From contig CANQKV010000003.1 of assembly GCA_947624545.1 (NCBI GenBank), positions 1 to 51,910 on the forward strand: a stretch of DNA of 51,910 nt, read 5' to 3'. The notes beneath the pieces were generated by a model. That model made no database searches. It was not told the origin of the DNA and was given only the letters and a program-made list of their open reading frames with translations. Every line of letters begins with the position of its first letter. Position 1 is the stretch's first letter. Shown here in pieces: positions 1-11,422 of the stretch. This DNA comes from an uncultured Alphaproteobacteria bacterium. Lineage in GTDB: Bacteria > Pseudomonadota > Alphaproteobacteria > CAAHEQ01 > UBA3637. The translations under genes were made by a program, and so were the position numbers.

Positions 1-1594
<1,594 letters not shown>

Positions 1595-1728
1595 CCTTAA
1601 AAAAAGTTTATCGATTGAAATAAAAAATCTTCACTTCTTAAAAAATACATATTTATGCAAAAAAATGTTGCTTTTTTGCGCATTTCTATTTATGCTGATA
1701 AAGGTTTTTTAATGAAAGGATATGAGAA

Positions 1729-2190
1729 ATGAAAAAATTAATGTTAGCTTCTGTCGGTTTTGTTTTATTGGCTTCCGGCTCTGCTTTGGCTCATGACAGC
1801 ACGGGTTGCGGTCTGGGCAGTATGGCATGGCGCGGGCAATCGGGCATGTTACCGCAACTGTTAGCCGTTACGACAAACGGTTTATTCGGCTCGCAAACAT
1901 TCGGTATTTCAACCGGTACTTCCGGGTGTGATCCGAACGGACGCATTACGGGCGGAACACAAAAAATGTTTTTGACATTTTTAGAAAACAATATGGAACA
2001 ATTTGCGTTTGATGCGTCACGCGGCGAAGGGGAAACGTTGGTTGCCGTTGCCGGTATTTTAAACGTGCCGGTTGAAAAAGTTGCCACGGTTTCAAAAGAA
2101 CACTTTAACGAAATTTTTTCATCGCAAAACGTTGAAGTTGTTGCCGTTGCCGAAGAAGTGTTAACCCTGTTAAATTTACAGGTTGCTTAA
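1729..2190 (+). CDS. DUF3015 family exported protein
   Basis: Signal peptide; GCGLG...TTN...QTFGISTGTSGC and GEGETL motifs; AAGGA RBS. Confidence 0.85.
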   Translation: MKKLMLASVGFVLLASGSALAHDSTGCGLGSMAWRGQSGMLPQLLAVTTNGLFGSQTFGISTGTSGCDPNGRITGGTQKMFLTFLENNMEQFAFDASRGEGETLVAVAGILNVPVEKVATVSKEHFNEIFSSQNVEVVAVAEEVLTLLNLQVA

Positions 2191-2211
2191 AAACAAAACA
2201 GAGGGCAGAGA

Positions 2212-4059
2212 ATGATTTTGTTAATTCGAAAACTTCTCTGCCTTTTCTTTTGTCTGATACTTGTTTCCTTTCAGACAAAAGCGGATTCTCTTTCCGAAAA
2301 AATACAACAAACGGCTTTTTCACAAGAATGGTTGGCATTGGTTCATTATCAGCCGACATGGTATCAAACTTATAAAAGCTCCATTGACTCGGATAACTTT
2401 TTTTTAGCTCCCGACGGGAAAACAAATCCGAAACATGAACTGGAAGCGACTCTCCGTCTGTTTCAATCAAACGACACGACAAAACAATGCCTTTTCCCCG
2501 CCAGATATTTATTTTTGAAACAACACAATTTCATTCAGAACAATTTTGTGAATTGTCCCGATTATCAATCATTTCAAAAAGATTTAAATCCCAACGGAAT
2601 AACCTTTATTTTTACCGATGCTTATATGAATAATCCGGCGTCTCTTTTCGGACATACTTTAATGCGAACAGATGCGCCGAAAGAAAAAACACAACTCATG
2701 GCGTACGGAATGAATTACGGTGCGTGGGTTGATGAAAAAACTGCCGGTGCGTTATATGCGCTTTACGGATTAACAGGCGGTTATTACGGCGGATTTACGG
2801 TAAAACCCTATTACAGCGTGATTAACATGTATAACAATATTGAAAATCGGGATATTTGGGAATACCAACTGCAATTAACCCCCGATGAACAAGCTTTTTA
2901 TGTCGCGCATTTGTGGGAAGTTGGGCAAACACAAACACGTTATTACTTTTTTACCAAAAACTGTTCTTATTTGTTAATGGAAGTATTGGATGCCGTACGT
3001 CCTTCATTAAAATTGGCACAATCGTTTCCGTTGCAAACCGTGCCGCTCGATACCGTTAAAGCCGTTGCTGGAAAAGAAGGATTGCTTCAAAGCGAAAATT
3101 ATCGCCCCTCTCGTCAACGGCGAATAACGTATCGCTATGAACAAATGAGCCCGACGGAAAAAGAAGCCTTGAAAGATTTGCTGTTTCATGATGATTTTTC
3201 AAAAACAAATGCCTTATCCGCGCCGCAAAAAGCCGCCGTTTTGGATACGGCTTATGAATATGTGCAATATCAATGGATTAAGCAAGATATTTTACTTGAT
3301 GATTATCGGGCAAAATCATTTCAAATATTAAAAGAACGCCGAAAAATGACTCTTTTATCGACAGAAGAGGAAATAAAAGGCGTTTCCCCCTTATTATCGC
3401 ACGATTCTATGCGAATTCAAGGCGCTTTCGGTACGCATCAAGGCAAAACCTATGCGGAGGTGAAATGGCGTCCTGCCTATCACGCATTAACCGATTCCGC
3501 CATCGGTTTATCACCCGAATCCGAAATTCAGTTTTTAGAAACCGTTTTTCGTTACTATACACAGAAAAAACGACTTTATTTGCAAGAAATAACGCTTCTT
3601 AAAATCAGCTCGTTTTCCCCCTATTCACTCTTATTCAAGCCGCTATCCTATCAAATTGAAACAGGCATAAAAAGAGAGAAAAATTTTAAAACAAAAACCG
3701 AAAAACTGATGTATTCTTTATCAGGCGGCTCGGGATTAACTTTTTCATTAACCTCGCATATGTCGATTTATGGTTTGGTTAATTCCGTTTTTCAATACGG
3801 CGGAAAAGCGATGCCGCACCATTTCGGAGTCGGAATCGGCGTTTCAAGCGGTATTTTATATCATCGTCAAAACTGGCAAACACAAATTGAAGGAAAATAT
3901 TGGCTTTCCGATAATGAAATGATTCGAAAAACAAGCATCAAAGGAGAAATTTCATATCATCTTGCCCGAAATTGGGCAATCGGCACAAGCTATGAAGGAC
4001 AAAAAAGAGTCGGCGGTTATGAAAATGATTTTCGCATTTTTTTAAATCGATATTTTTAA
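2212..4059 (+). CDS. DUF4105 (Lnb N-terminal-like) domain protein with C-terminal beta-barrel-like region
   Basis: CLFPARY, PASLFGHT, ENRDIWEY, YYFFTKNCS motifs; alternating beta-strand pattern ending in Phe; adjacent to DUF3015. Confidence 0.85.
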   Translation: MILLIRKLLCLFFCLILVSFQTKADSLSEKIQQTAFSQEWLALVHYQPTWYQTYKSSIDSDNFFLAPDGKTNPKHELEATLRLFQSNDTTKQCLFPARYLFLKQHNFIQNNFVNCPDYQSFQKDLNPNGITFIFTDAYMNNPASLFGHTLMRTDAPKEKTQLMAYGMNYGAWVDEKTAGALYALYGLTGGYYGGFTVKPYYSVINMYNNIENRDIWEYQLQLTPDEQAFYVAHLWEVGQTQTRYYFFTKNCSYLLMEVLDAVRPSLKLAQSFPLQTVPLDTVKAVAGKEGLLQSENYRPSRQRRITYRYEQMSPTEKEALKDLLFHDDFSKTNALSAPQKAAVLDTAYEYVQYQWIKQDILLDDYRAKSFQILKERRKMTLLSTEEEIKGVSPLLSHDSMRIQGAFGTHQGKTYAEVKWRPAYHALTDSAIGLSPESEIQFLETVFRYYTQKKRLYLQEITLLKISSFSPYSLLFKPLSYQIETGIKREKNFKTKTEKLMYSLSGGSGLTFSLTSHMSIYGLVNSVFQYGGKAMPHHFGVGIGVSSGILYHRQNWQTQIEGKYWLSDNEMIRKTSIKGEISYHLARNWAIGTSYEGQKRVGGYENDFRIFLNRYF

Positions 4060-4218
4060 TAACAACCGCCATATGTTTTTTAATTTATTCAAAATGCAAT
4101 CAAAAATATGTTTATCAAAATAAACAGCTCAAAATAAATATTGAATTTCAAAAAATATTTTTTAATGCTTTCTAATTGACTCAACTGTTTATTTTCTCGA
4201 AAGCGCTTAAATAATTTT

Positions 4219-5331
4219 TTATCTTTCTTGTTGCCGAATTAAAGCTTTCACTCCGGCTTCAATATATTTATTTTCATCTGTCGGCACTTCATAAACGGGA
4301 TTTAACCGCTTCATCATGGCATTTTTTGCCGATATTGATTTTTTAAGCACATCGGCATATTTTTGTATGTCGCGTTTTTGAGGCGGTGTTTGATTCCAAG
4401 CAACTTCAATTTCTTCAAAATATCTGTCCCATAAATCATTAACGGCAGCATTTGATTGCACTTTCATCGACGGAAAATGTATTTGATCAGCCCAAGATAT
4501 CCACCGTAAAAGTGCATCGGCATAGGTTCGTGCCAAACGGCAATCACACGATTCGCCGGTTGCAACGGCTTGTAATTGACTGTCAGTTGTGTTGTAATCA
4601 CGCGAATATTGCGGATTATGTTCTTCACTACATCCTTTAACACCGGTAACACGTTTTTCCGACCAATTTGCCAGTCGATCCGTATCACGAATGACATAGC
4701 TGTAAAACAAAACACGTTCTTTTTCTTTATCGGATAGTTTTTGAAATCGCAAATCTTTTTTTAAACTCTCTTCAAAATTTAAAACACCGTGATATTGAAC
4801 AGGCAAAATAATTTCCTCTCTGGTATAGCCCATTCTATCCAAAATGGCACTGCTTTCAAAAGCATGATTATACCCTTTACCGTAAACAGCAGCCAAATCA
4901 ATAAGCTTTCCCGACAACAAATCAACTTCTCCCAACCGACCGATATCATGCAGGCGTGCAATAATTAATAAATCTTGTGTAATTTGTTCTTTATCAAAAC
5001 CCAATTTTAAAAGAGGTTTCAGTGATTGGGGATTATTGACAAAAGTGCGTGTTTCCATAAAAACTTCCGCCGGATGTTTTTTTGCCTTTTTATCAATCCA
5101 TGTCAGCAGTTTTCTTTTTTCGGTAATCGCGTTTACATTTTTAAGTTGATCTAATTTTATTTTTAAAGCATTGCCGATAGACATACTTAAAAAAGCAGCC
5201 TCTGCGGAAGTGTTAATATCAAGCCGTTGTGCATTTGATAAAACGTAAATCGGCAAACAACACCGTTGCATTGAACCGTCTTTTTGCGCAATATCAACCG
5301 TTTTATACGTCACTTTAATTTCCGGCTTCAT
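4219..5331 (-). CDS. HD-domain metal-dependent phosphohydrolase-like protein
   Basis: LHDIGR, NHAFES, QYHG, IRDTDR motifs; start moved to ATG 5331 after an AGGAG RBS. Confidence 0.75.
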   Translation of the reverse strand: MKPEIKVTYKTVDIAQKDGSMQRCCLPIYVLSNAQRLDINTSAEAAFLSMSIGNALKIKLDQLKNVNAITEKRKLLTWIDKKAKKHPAEVFMETRTFVNNPQSLKPLLKLGFDKEQITQDLLIIARLHDIGRLGEVDLLSGKLIDLAAVYGKGYNHAFESSAILDRMGYTREEIILPVQYHGVLNFEESLKKDLRFQKLSDKEKERVLFYSYVIRDTDRLANWSEKRVTGVKGCSEEHNPQYSRDYNTTDSQLQAVATGESCDCRLARTYADALLRWISWADQIHFPSMKVQSNAAVNDLWDRYFEEIEVAWNQTPPQKRDIQKYADVLKKSISAKNAMMKRLNPVYEVPTDENKYIEAGVKALIRQQER

Positions 5332-5705
5332 AATAATCTCCTTCTGAAATACAACATTAAACAATAACAAAAAGGTATGTTTTTTGCAACACTTTCTTTG
5401 AATTTTTTCAAAAAAAAGTATTATTTTTTTATTTTCTTTGTTTTCAAGAGTTAATCGGAGGGCTTGCAGGGTATATGCCCACATAAAAAAAAACGGAGGA
5501 AAAGTGTCACAACTAGACCTACGTTTATTTGATAACAGGCAATTAATTTGTAATCTGTTGATTTTATTTGTTTTAAATAAATAATACTTCTTGTTTTTCT
5601 CGGCGATCTTTTAAAAAATGTTTATTTAGGAGAAGTGCGTTTTTTTTATTTGATTTTTTTTTAAAGATTGTATAAAATACCCCGTAAAATGAAAAAGGAT
5701 CAGTC

Positions 5706-7169
5706 ATGCGTTTTCGACTTATTTTTTCAATTATCGGCTTTATGACCGCTATCGGCGGCTTTATGATGTTATTGCCCGCTGCCGTGGATTTGTTTTGGGG
5801 ATTTTTGCAATCGTCGGCGGTTTTTGCTTTAACAAGCGCCTTAACGGTTGCCGTCGGCACCATTATGTTGCTGATTACCGATGTGCGTCACACACCGCTT
5901 CGAACGAAAGAAATGTTTATTGTCACAACGCTTGTTTGGGCGGCATTTGTTTTGTTTTCAGCTCTGCCGTTTTGCTTTTTGGGATTGAATATGTCGTTTG
6001 TTGACGCTTTGTTTGAAGCGACTTCGGGCTTAACGACAACGGGTGCAACCGTTATTGCCGATTTGTCACGTCTTTCCCCCGGCACGCTTTTTTGGCGCTC
6101 GTTAATGCACTGGATGGGCGGTATCGGCATTTTGGTGGTTGCCATTTTAATTTTGCCGACATTGCAAATCGGCGGTATGCAGTTGTTTAACATTGAAATG
6201 TCGGGCGAATCGGACAGAGACAGTCCCACAATGTCGAAAAATATATTGGGCATTGTTATTTTCTTTATCTTTTTAACCGTATTGGCAACAATTTCATTAT
6301 ATGCCGGCGGAATGGATTGGTTTGACGCCGTTAATCACGCCATGAGCGTTGTGGCAACGGGCGGATTTTCCACACATAACGAATCCATTGCTTATTTTAA
6401 CAGTCCCGTGATTGATTGGATTTTAATTTTCTTTATGTTCATCGGCGGATTACCGCTCGGTATCGGGTGGTGGTTGTTAACACGCAATTTTACGGCGATT
6501 CGAAATAACGAACAAATCAAATATTTTTGCTTTTTCTGTATCGGACTTGTTTTGTTTCTTGCCGCCGTTCGTTGGCATCAGGTATCGTTTGATAACAACG
6601 CTTTGCCCCAAGTGTTGCGCTCAACGGCGTTCAGTGTGGTTTCCATTGTTTCGACAACGGGTTTTGTAACGGTTAATTACGAAGCGTGGGGCACTTATGC
6701 AACAGTTATTTTCTTTTTCCTCTTGTTAACGGGCGCCTGTACCGGATCAACATCGGGCGGTATTAAAATTTTTCGTTATACAATCTTGTTTAAAACCATT
6801 CGCGCCAAATTGAAGAGTGCCGCGCGTCCGAAAGGGATTTTTATTCCCCGTTACGGCAGTAAACCCGTTACGGAAGATGTTGTGACGGGTGTTTTGGTGT
6901 TTATGGGTTTGTATGCCGTTTGCGCTTCCGTGGGCGCTGTGGTGTTGTCGCTGTTCGGACTTGATTTAATTACCAGCCTGTCGGGGGCTGTTGCTTCTCT
7001 TTCCAACATGGGTCCCGCATTGGGAAAACTCATCGGTCCCGATCAAACGTTTGCTTTGTTGCCTGACGGCGCAAAAGTGGTTATGACGCTTCTCATGATT
7101 ATCGGACGATTGGAGTTTGTGGCTGTCTTTGTTTTGCTTGTTCCCTTTTTCTGGAAACGAAATATTTAA
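5706..7169 (+). CDS. trkH: TrkH family potassium uptake membrane protein
   Basis: SGLTTTGAT, WMGGIG, ATGGFS, STTGF, GSTSGGIK, SNMGP, GRLE motifs; multiple TM helices. Confidence 0.97.
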   Translation: MRFRLIFSIIGFMTAIGGFMMLLPAAVDLFWGFLQSSAVFALTSALTVAVGTIMLLITDVRHTPLRTKEMFIVTTLVWAAFVLFSALPFCFLGLNMSFVDALFEATSGLTTTGATVIADLSRLSPGTLFWRSLMHWMGGIGILVVAILILPTLQIGGMQLFNIEMSGESDRDSPTMSKNILGIVIFFIFLTVLATISLYAGGMDWFDAVNHAMSVVATGGFSTHNESIAYFNSPVIDWILIFFMFIGGLPLGIGWWLLTRNFTAIRNNEQIKYFCFFCIGLVLFLAAVRWHQVSFDNNALPQVLRSTAFSVVSIVSTTGFVTVNYEAWGTYATVIFFFLLLTGACTGSTSGGIKIFRYTILFKTIRAKLKSAARPKGIFIPRYGSKPVTEDVVTGVLVFMGLYAVCASVGAVVLSLFGLDLITSLSGAVASLSNMGPALGKLIGPDQTFALLPDGAKVVMTLLMIIGRLEFVAVFVLLVPFFWKRNI

Positions 7170-7265
7170 AACAGAAATATTTTTGCCGAAATATTAAAAA
7201 ATGCTTTATTTTTTTGTAAAAAATTGGTATAACAAAATCACTTTGAAAATAAGATAGGACGAAAG

Positions 7266-10200
7266 ATGAAAAAATTTCTCTCAATGCTGTTTATTTTAGC
7301 CTTGTTGATTGTTGGCGGATTGAGCTTTTTTATTGTGCATTCCTTTAATGCCAATGCCTTTCAACAACAAGTCGTGAAAGGTGTTTCCGACTTGACGGGG
7401 CGTGATTTTGCCATTACGGGCGAAACACAGGTCAGCTGGTTTCCGGCGCCGCAAATTATTATGCACGACGTGACTTTGTCCAATGTGCCTAATTCCATGT
7501 ATCGGAGTATGTTGGAAGCTAAAACGGTTATTGTTCAGTTTGATTTAATGTCGCTTTTAAAAGAACCGTTGGTTATTAATCGCATTGAAATTGAAGAGCC
7601 GAAAATTTATATGGAGCGCTTGAATGATTCGGAAACAAACTGGAACTTCCCGTTTTTATTTGTTGACATCAATGATAATTTAGACAGAGATTTAATGGCA
7701 AGCGATATTAATCAGACACGGGTTAATGCGCTGACAATTAAAGACGGTACTTTGGAATATGATAATCGGTCGGATAAAACGGAATGGGTTTTCCAAAAAG
7801 TCAACGGAACCGTTTCATTGGATTCGTTGCAAGGTCCTTATTCCTTTGCGGGTACGTTCGAGGCTTTAAATAAAACGATTGCGGTGCAATTACGGTTGGA
7901 CAGATTAAAAGACGATGCGCCTGTTCGTTTTCAAATGAATTTAAGCGGAGAAGACGGAAATTTTTCATTGGATGATGTGAACGGTACTGTTTTGGTCAGC
8001 GAAAAAAGTGCGCCCAAAATAACGGCTGACGGCTCCTTTAACGTGACTCGCCCGAATGACTTTTTAAAACTGATTAACCTGAAACCGTTAGATCCCTCTT
8101 TAAACGTGCCGTCAATGGGCAGTTTCGGATATGAAACGGATTACGGAAAAGAAACGTTGAAAAACTTTATTATTCGATTCGGTAATCAGGAAGATTCGGT
8201 TGCTTTATCCGGTTCCGTCAGTCGGGAAGAAAAAGATAATCAAACGTTTTATACTTCAACATTGGCGATAAATCGGTTGGACTTCGCTCAATGGCAAAAT
8301 ATTTTGTCCGACATAAATTTGCAACAATTAACCGATGAAAAACGTCCGAACGTAACGTTAAAACTCAATATTAAAGAATTGTTGTGGCAAAAGGAAAAAG
8401 CGGAAAACTTTTCTGCCGATTTAATTAAGAAAAATAATCGGTTTTTAATTGAAAACGGAAAAGCTCTTTTAACGGGAAATACGGCAATTACGTTTTCGGG
8501 CGGTACCTTGACGCAAGATGATAAAATCGGGTTGGATTTGTTGATTGCCGCTTCATCTGAAAATATTAAATCGCTCTTGAATAACTATGTCGATATTAAA
8601 GATTTATCCGATTCGCTTTTGAAAAACGTTAAGTTTAACGGACGGGTTGTTTTTTATCCCGATCGGTACAACGTGGATATTCAATCTCTTGATTTTGATA
8701 AAAGCAAAGTATCGGGTGAAATTGCTTATCAGAAAACGGATAAATTGCCGCAAATAAACTCGCAGTTGAATATTGACAGCATTGATTTTGACTCATACAG
8801 CGGTTATCAACCGCCTAAGGAAGCCGCCGATGTGACAAAATCGGTCACGTTGATTAAAAATTATTTGCAAAACGCTTCTTTTTTAAAAACATTCAACGGC
8901 GGTATTAATTTGGAGCTGAAAAACGTGCGTTTCCATGCCATGCCGATGGAAGAAGCCACCTTGAAAGCTTCCGTGAACGATAATGTGTTGAAAATTGATT
9001 CTTTTGAAACCACAAAAATGGCGAACGCTTCTTTAACGGGATCGGGTGAGTTTACGGGCGTCGGTACGGAAAATGTGGGCATTTCAAATATGAAACTTGA
9101 TTTTAAAACAGACGAATTGGGTTTGTTTTTGGGAAAAGCGCACCTGACAACGGATAACGCTTTCTTGAAAAACTTAAAAGCCTTTGAAATGAATTTGGAT
9201 ATTGCCGAGGCGGAAAATATTTGGAATATGGCTTTGCAGTTAAAGGCTGCCGATATGGAAACTTCTTTCAGCGGTAAAATCGATACAAGTAAAGACATGG
9301 TGCAATATCGTGATATGAATGTTTTTGTGTCCTATCCGAATTTTGCGCGCTTTATGTCGGGAATTGTCGGCTATAATAACATTAACAACTCATTGAGCGG
9401 TCTGATGAAACTCAATGCGACGGTCAACGGAACGGCAAAAGATTTTACCTTTGCAAACGGTGTGTTGCAAATCGGACAAAATCAGCTTAATTTTGACGGA
9501 CATTATGTCGCCGGTGAAAACGGTTTGTTGGATATGAATATTGCAACGCCGTCATTTGACGTCAATAAATATATTTGGAATGAGTTGCGTAATATTTCTT
9601 ATACGGGTTTGGATTCGCAAAAAGCATTACAGCTTTCGAAATTAGATAATTTTAATCAACATATTACCGTTAAAACGGCGCAACTGCTGTATGATAACTT
9701 TGAAGTGAAAAACGCCGTGTTGGAGGCTTCTTTGGGCGAACAGACGTTAACGCTTAAAAACTTAACGGGTACACTGGGAACCGAATCGGCACCCGTTCAA
9801 TTAAACGGATCGCTTTCTTGGCAAAAAGAGCCGGAAATCAATTTTGATTTTAAAGTGGAAAATATGCCGATGAACAATAATATTATCACGCTTAAAAATA
9901 TGTCAATCGGCGACGGAATTTTATCGGCAAACGGACATTTAAGCGCCAAAGGAAAATCGCCCGCCGAAATGTTATCTCATTTAAACGGGCAGGGGCATTT
10001 CGAGTGGAAAAACTTAATGTGGGTCGGCACCAATATTGAGAAAATAGAACCGCTGGTTGATCGAGCCATTCAAAATCGTGTGCCGCAGGCAACATTTGAT
10101 AAAGCCATTTTGCGGTTGTTAACATCGGGAAAAACGCTTGTTGACAGTGTTGCCGGCGATTATACAGTGAATAACGGACAAATGCAGGCAATGGATTCTT

Positions 10201-11324
10201 CTTTGAAAGGCAAAGGTTTCTTATCTGATCCGATGCAGATTGTTTGGGGTATTTCAACGCGTGATTTGGATATTTCCACGCCGCTTTCTTTAACGGAACG
10301 CCCTGATTATCCGCCGTTTGCCTTGTCTTTGAAAGGAAAATTAGGACAGCTTTCTTATCAAACGAATTATGTTGACTTGTCGGCTTCCGTTGCCGATGTC
10401 GTTCGGGCAGATAATGAAAAAATTGAAAAGAAAGCGCAGGCTGATCAGGAAGAACAGGCAACAAAAGCGCGCAATGAACGGGAAGAAAAGGCTCGTCAAG
10501 CTGTTCAGGCTGCGCGTCAGGCTGTTCAAACGGCTTCCGCCAAAGTTAAAACCGGCGATAATTCACGGGCATTGCAACTGTTGCAAAGCGCCCAAGATGC
10601 GTTAGAGTTTATGAACAATCTTTCCATTAAAGAAAACTTGACCGATGCCGAGTATATTCAATTAACCGAGCAATCGCGGTTAGCTGTGTTAAAAGCCGAA
10701 GAAGCCGTTGCCGAAGCGACAAACGACAAGTTTTTTGATGATCGAAAGTTTATTCGAGCAATGGAAAAACAAGCCGTCGCCATGCAACGGGAAATCGAAC
10801 GCATCAGTTCAAGCTATCCGGATATTGAAATTGTGCAAAAATTAGCACCGTTAACGGCAAAATATGCAAAAATGTTATCGGATATATCGGCGCCGTTACC
10901 TATGCCGAATGAAACCGATGAAGAACATTTATCGCATATGGCGCATTCCAAAGCGGCTTATTTGAAAGTGCTGAAAGGATATCAATATGTGTTACGCTTT
11001 GATCCGGAAGCCGTTCCGATGACACCGTTATTGACTGAACAAAACGGTAATAACGGGGAAGAATCGGCAACCCCTCAAATTCCGTTGCAGGAAATAGCCG
11101 ATGAGAGTGCAGATGAACCGCAACAACCTGACACGAGTTTGTCCGATGCGCTGCGAACACGCATTCGGGGGCATATTTCCAAAGAAGGAGAAAATATGCC
11201 GACGGATGAACTTTCGGAAAGTAAATCGGAAACTTCTTTTACTCCCATGGATGCGGGAGAAGAAGAGGCGATGAACTTAACCGTTGGAACAGGTTTGAGA
11301 GGCTCTATTCGCCGATCGGATTAA
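7266..11324 (+). CDS. AsmA-like (bridge-like lipid transfer) protein with C-terminal coiled-coil/acidic extension
   Basis: N-terminal TM anchor, TGRDFAITG, IEIEEPKIYMER, NWNF; repetitive beta structure; 1352 aa. Confidence 0.8.
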   Translation: MKKFLSMLFILALLIVGGLSFFIVHSFNANAFQQQVVKGVSDLTGRDFAITGETQVSWFPAPQIIMHDVTLSNVPNSMYRSMLEAKTVIVQFDLMSLLKEPLVINRIEIEEPKIYMERLNDSETNWNFPFLFVDINDNLDRDLMASDINQTRVNALTIKDGTLEYDNRSDKTEWVFQKVNGTVSLDSLQGPYSFAGTFEALNKTIAVQLRLDRLKDDAPVRFQMNLSGEDGNFSLDDVNGTVLVSEKSAPKITADGSFNVTRPNDFLKLINLKPLDPSLNVPSMGSFGYETDYGKETLKNFIIRFGNQEDSVALSGSVSREEKDNQTFYTSTLAINRLDFAQWQNILSDINLQQLTDEKRPNVTLKLNIKELLWQKEKAENFSADLIKKNNRFLIENGKALLTGNTAITFSGGTLTQDDKIGLDLLIAASSENIKSLLNNYVDIKDLSDSLLKNVKFNGRVVFYPDRYNVDIQSLDFDKSKVSGEIAYQKTDKLPQINSQLNIDSIDFDSYSGYQPPKEAADVTKSVTLIKNYLQNASFLKTFNGGINLELKNVRFHAMPMEEATLKASVNDNVLKIDSFETTKMANASLTGSGEFTGVGTENVGISNMKLDFKTDELGLFLGKAHLTTDNAFLKNLKAFEMNLDIAEAENIWNMALQLKAADMETSFSGKIDTSKDMVQYRDMNVFVSYPNFARFMSGIVGYNNINNSLSGLMKLNATVNGTAKDFTFANGVLQIGQNQLNFDGHYVAGENGLLDMNIATPSFDVNKYIWNELRNISYTGLDSQKALQLSKLDNFNQHITVKTAQLLYDNFEVKNAVLEASLGEQTLTLKNLTGTLGTESAPVQLNGSLSWQKEPEINFDFKVENMPMNNNIITLKNMSIGDGILSANGHLSAKGKSPAEMLSHLNGQGHFEWKNLMWVGTNIEKIEPLVDRAIQNRVPQATFDKAILRLLTSGKTLVDSVAGDYTVNNGQMQAMDSSLKGKGFLSDPMQIVWGISTRDLDISTPLSLTERPDYPPFALSLKGKLGQLSYQTNYVDLSASVADVVRADNEKIEKKAQADQEEQATKARNEREEKARQAVQAARQAVQTASAKVKTGDNSRALQLLQSAQDALEFMNNLSIKENLTDAEYIQLTEQSRLAVLKAEEAVAEATNDKFFDDRKFIRAMEKQAVAMQREIERISSSYPDIEIVQKLAPLTAKYAKMLSDISAPLPMPNETDEEHLSHMAHSKAAYLKVLKGYQYVLRFDPEAVPMTPLLTEQNGNNGEESATPQIPLQEIADESADEPQQPDTSLSDALRTRIRGHISKEGENMPTDELSESKSETSFTPMDAGEEEAMNLTVGTGLRGSIRRSD

Positions 11325-11422
11325 CTTTTTTAAACTTTGAAACGGGAAAACCTGTTTCATAAAATATGTCCGAAGATGTGTCGGATTGGAATTTCACATC
11401 ACGTATAAACAAAGGAGATTAT

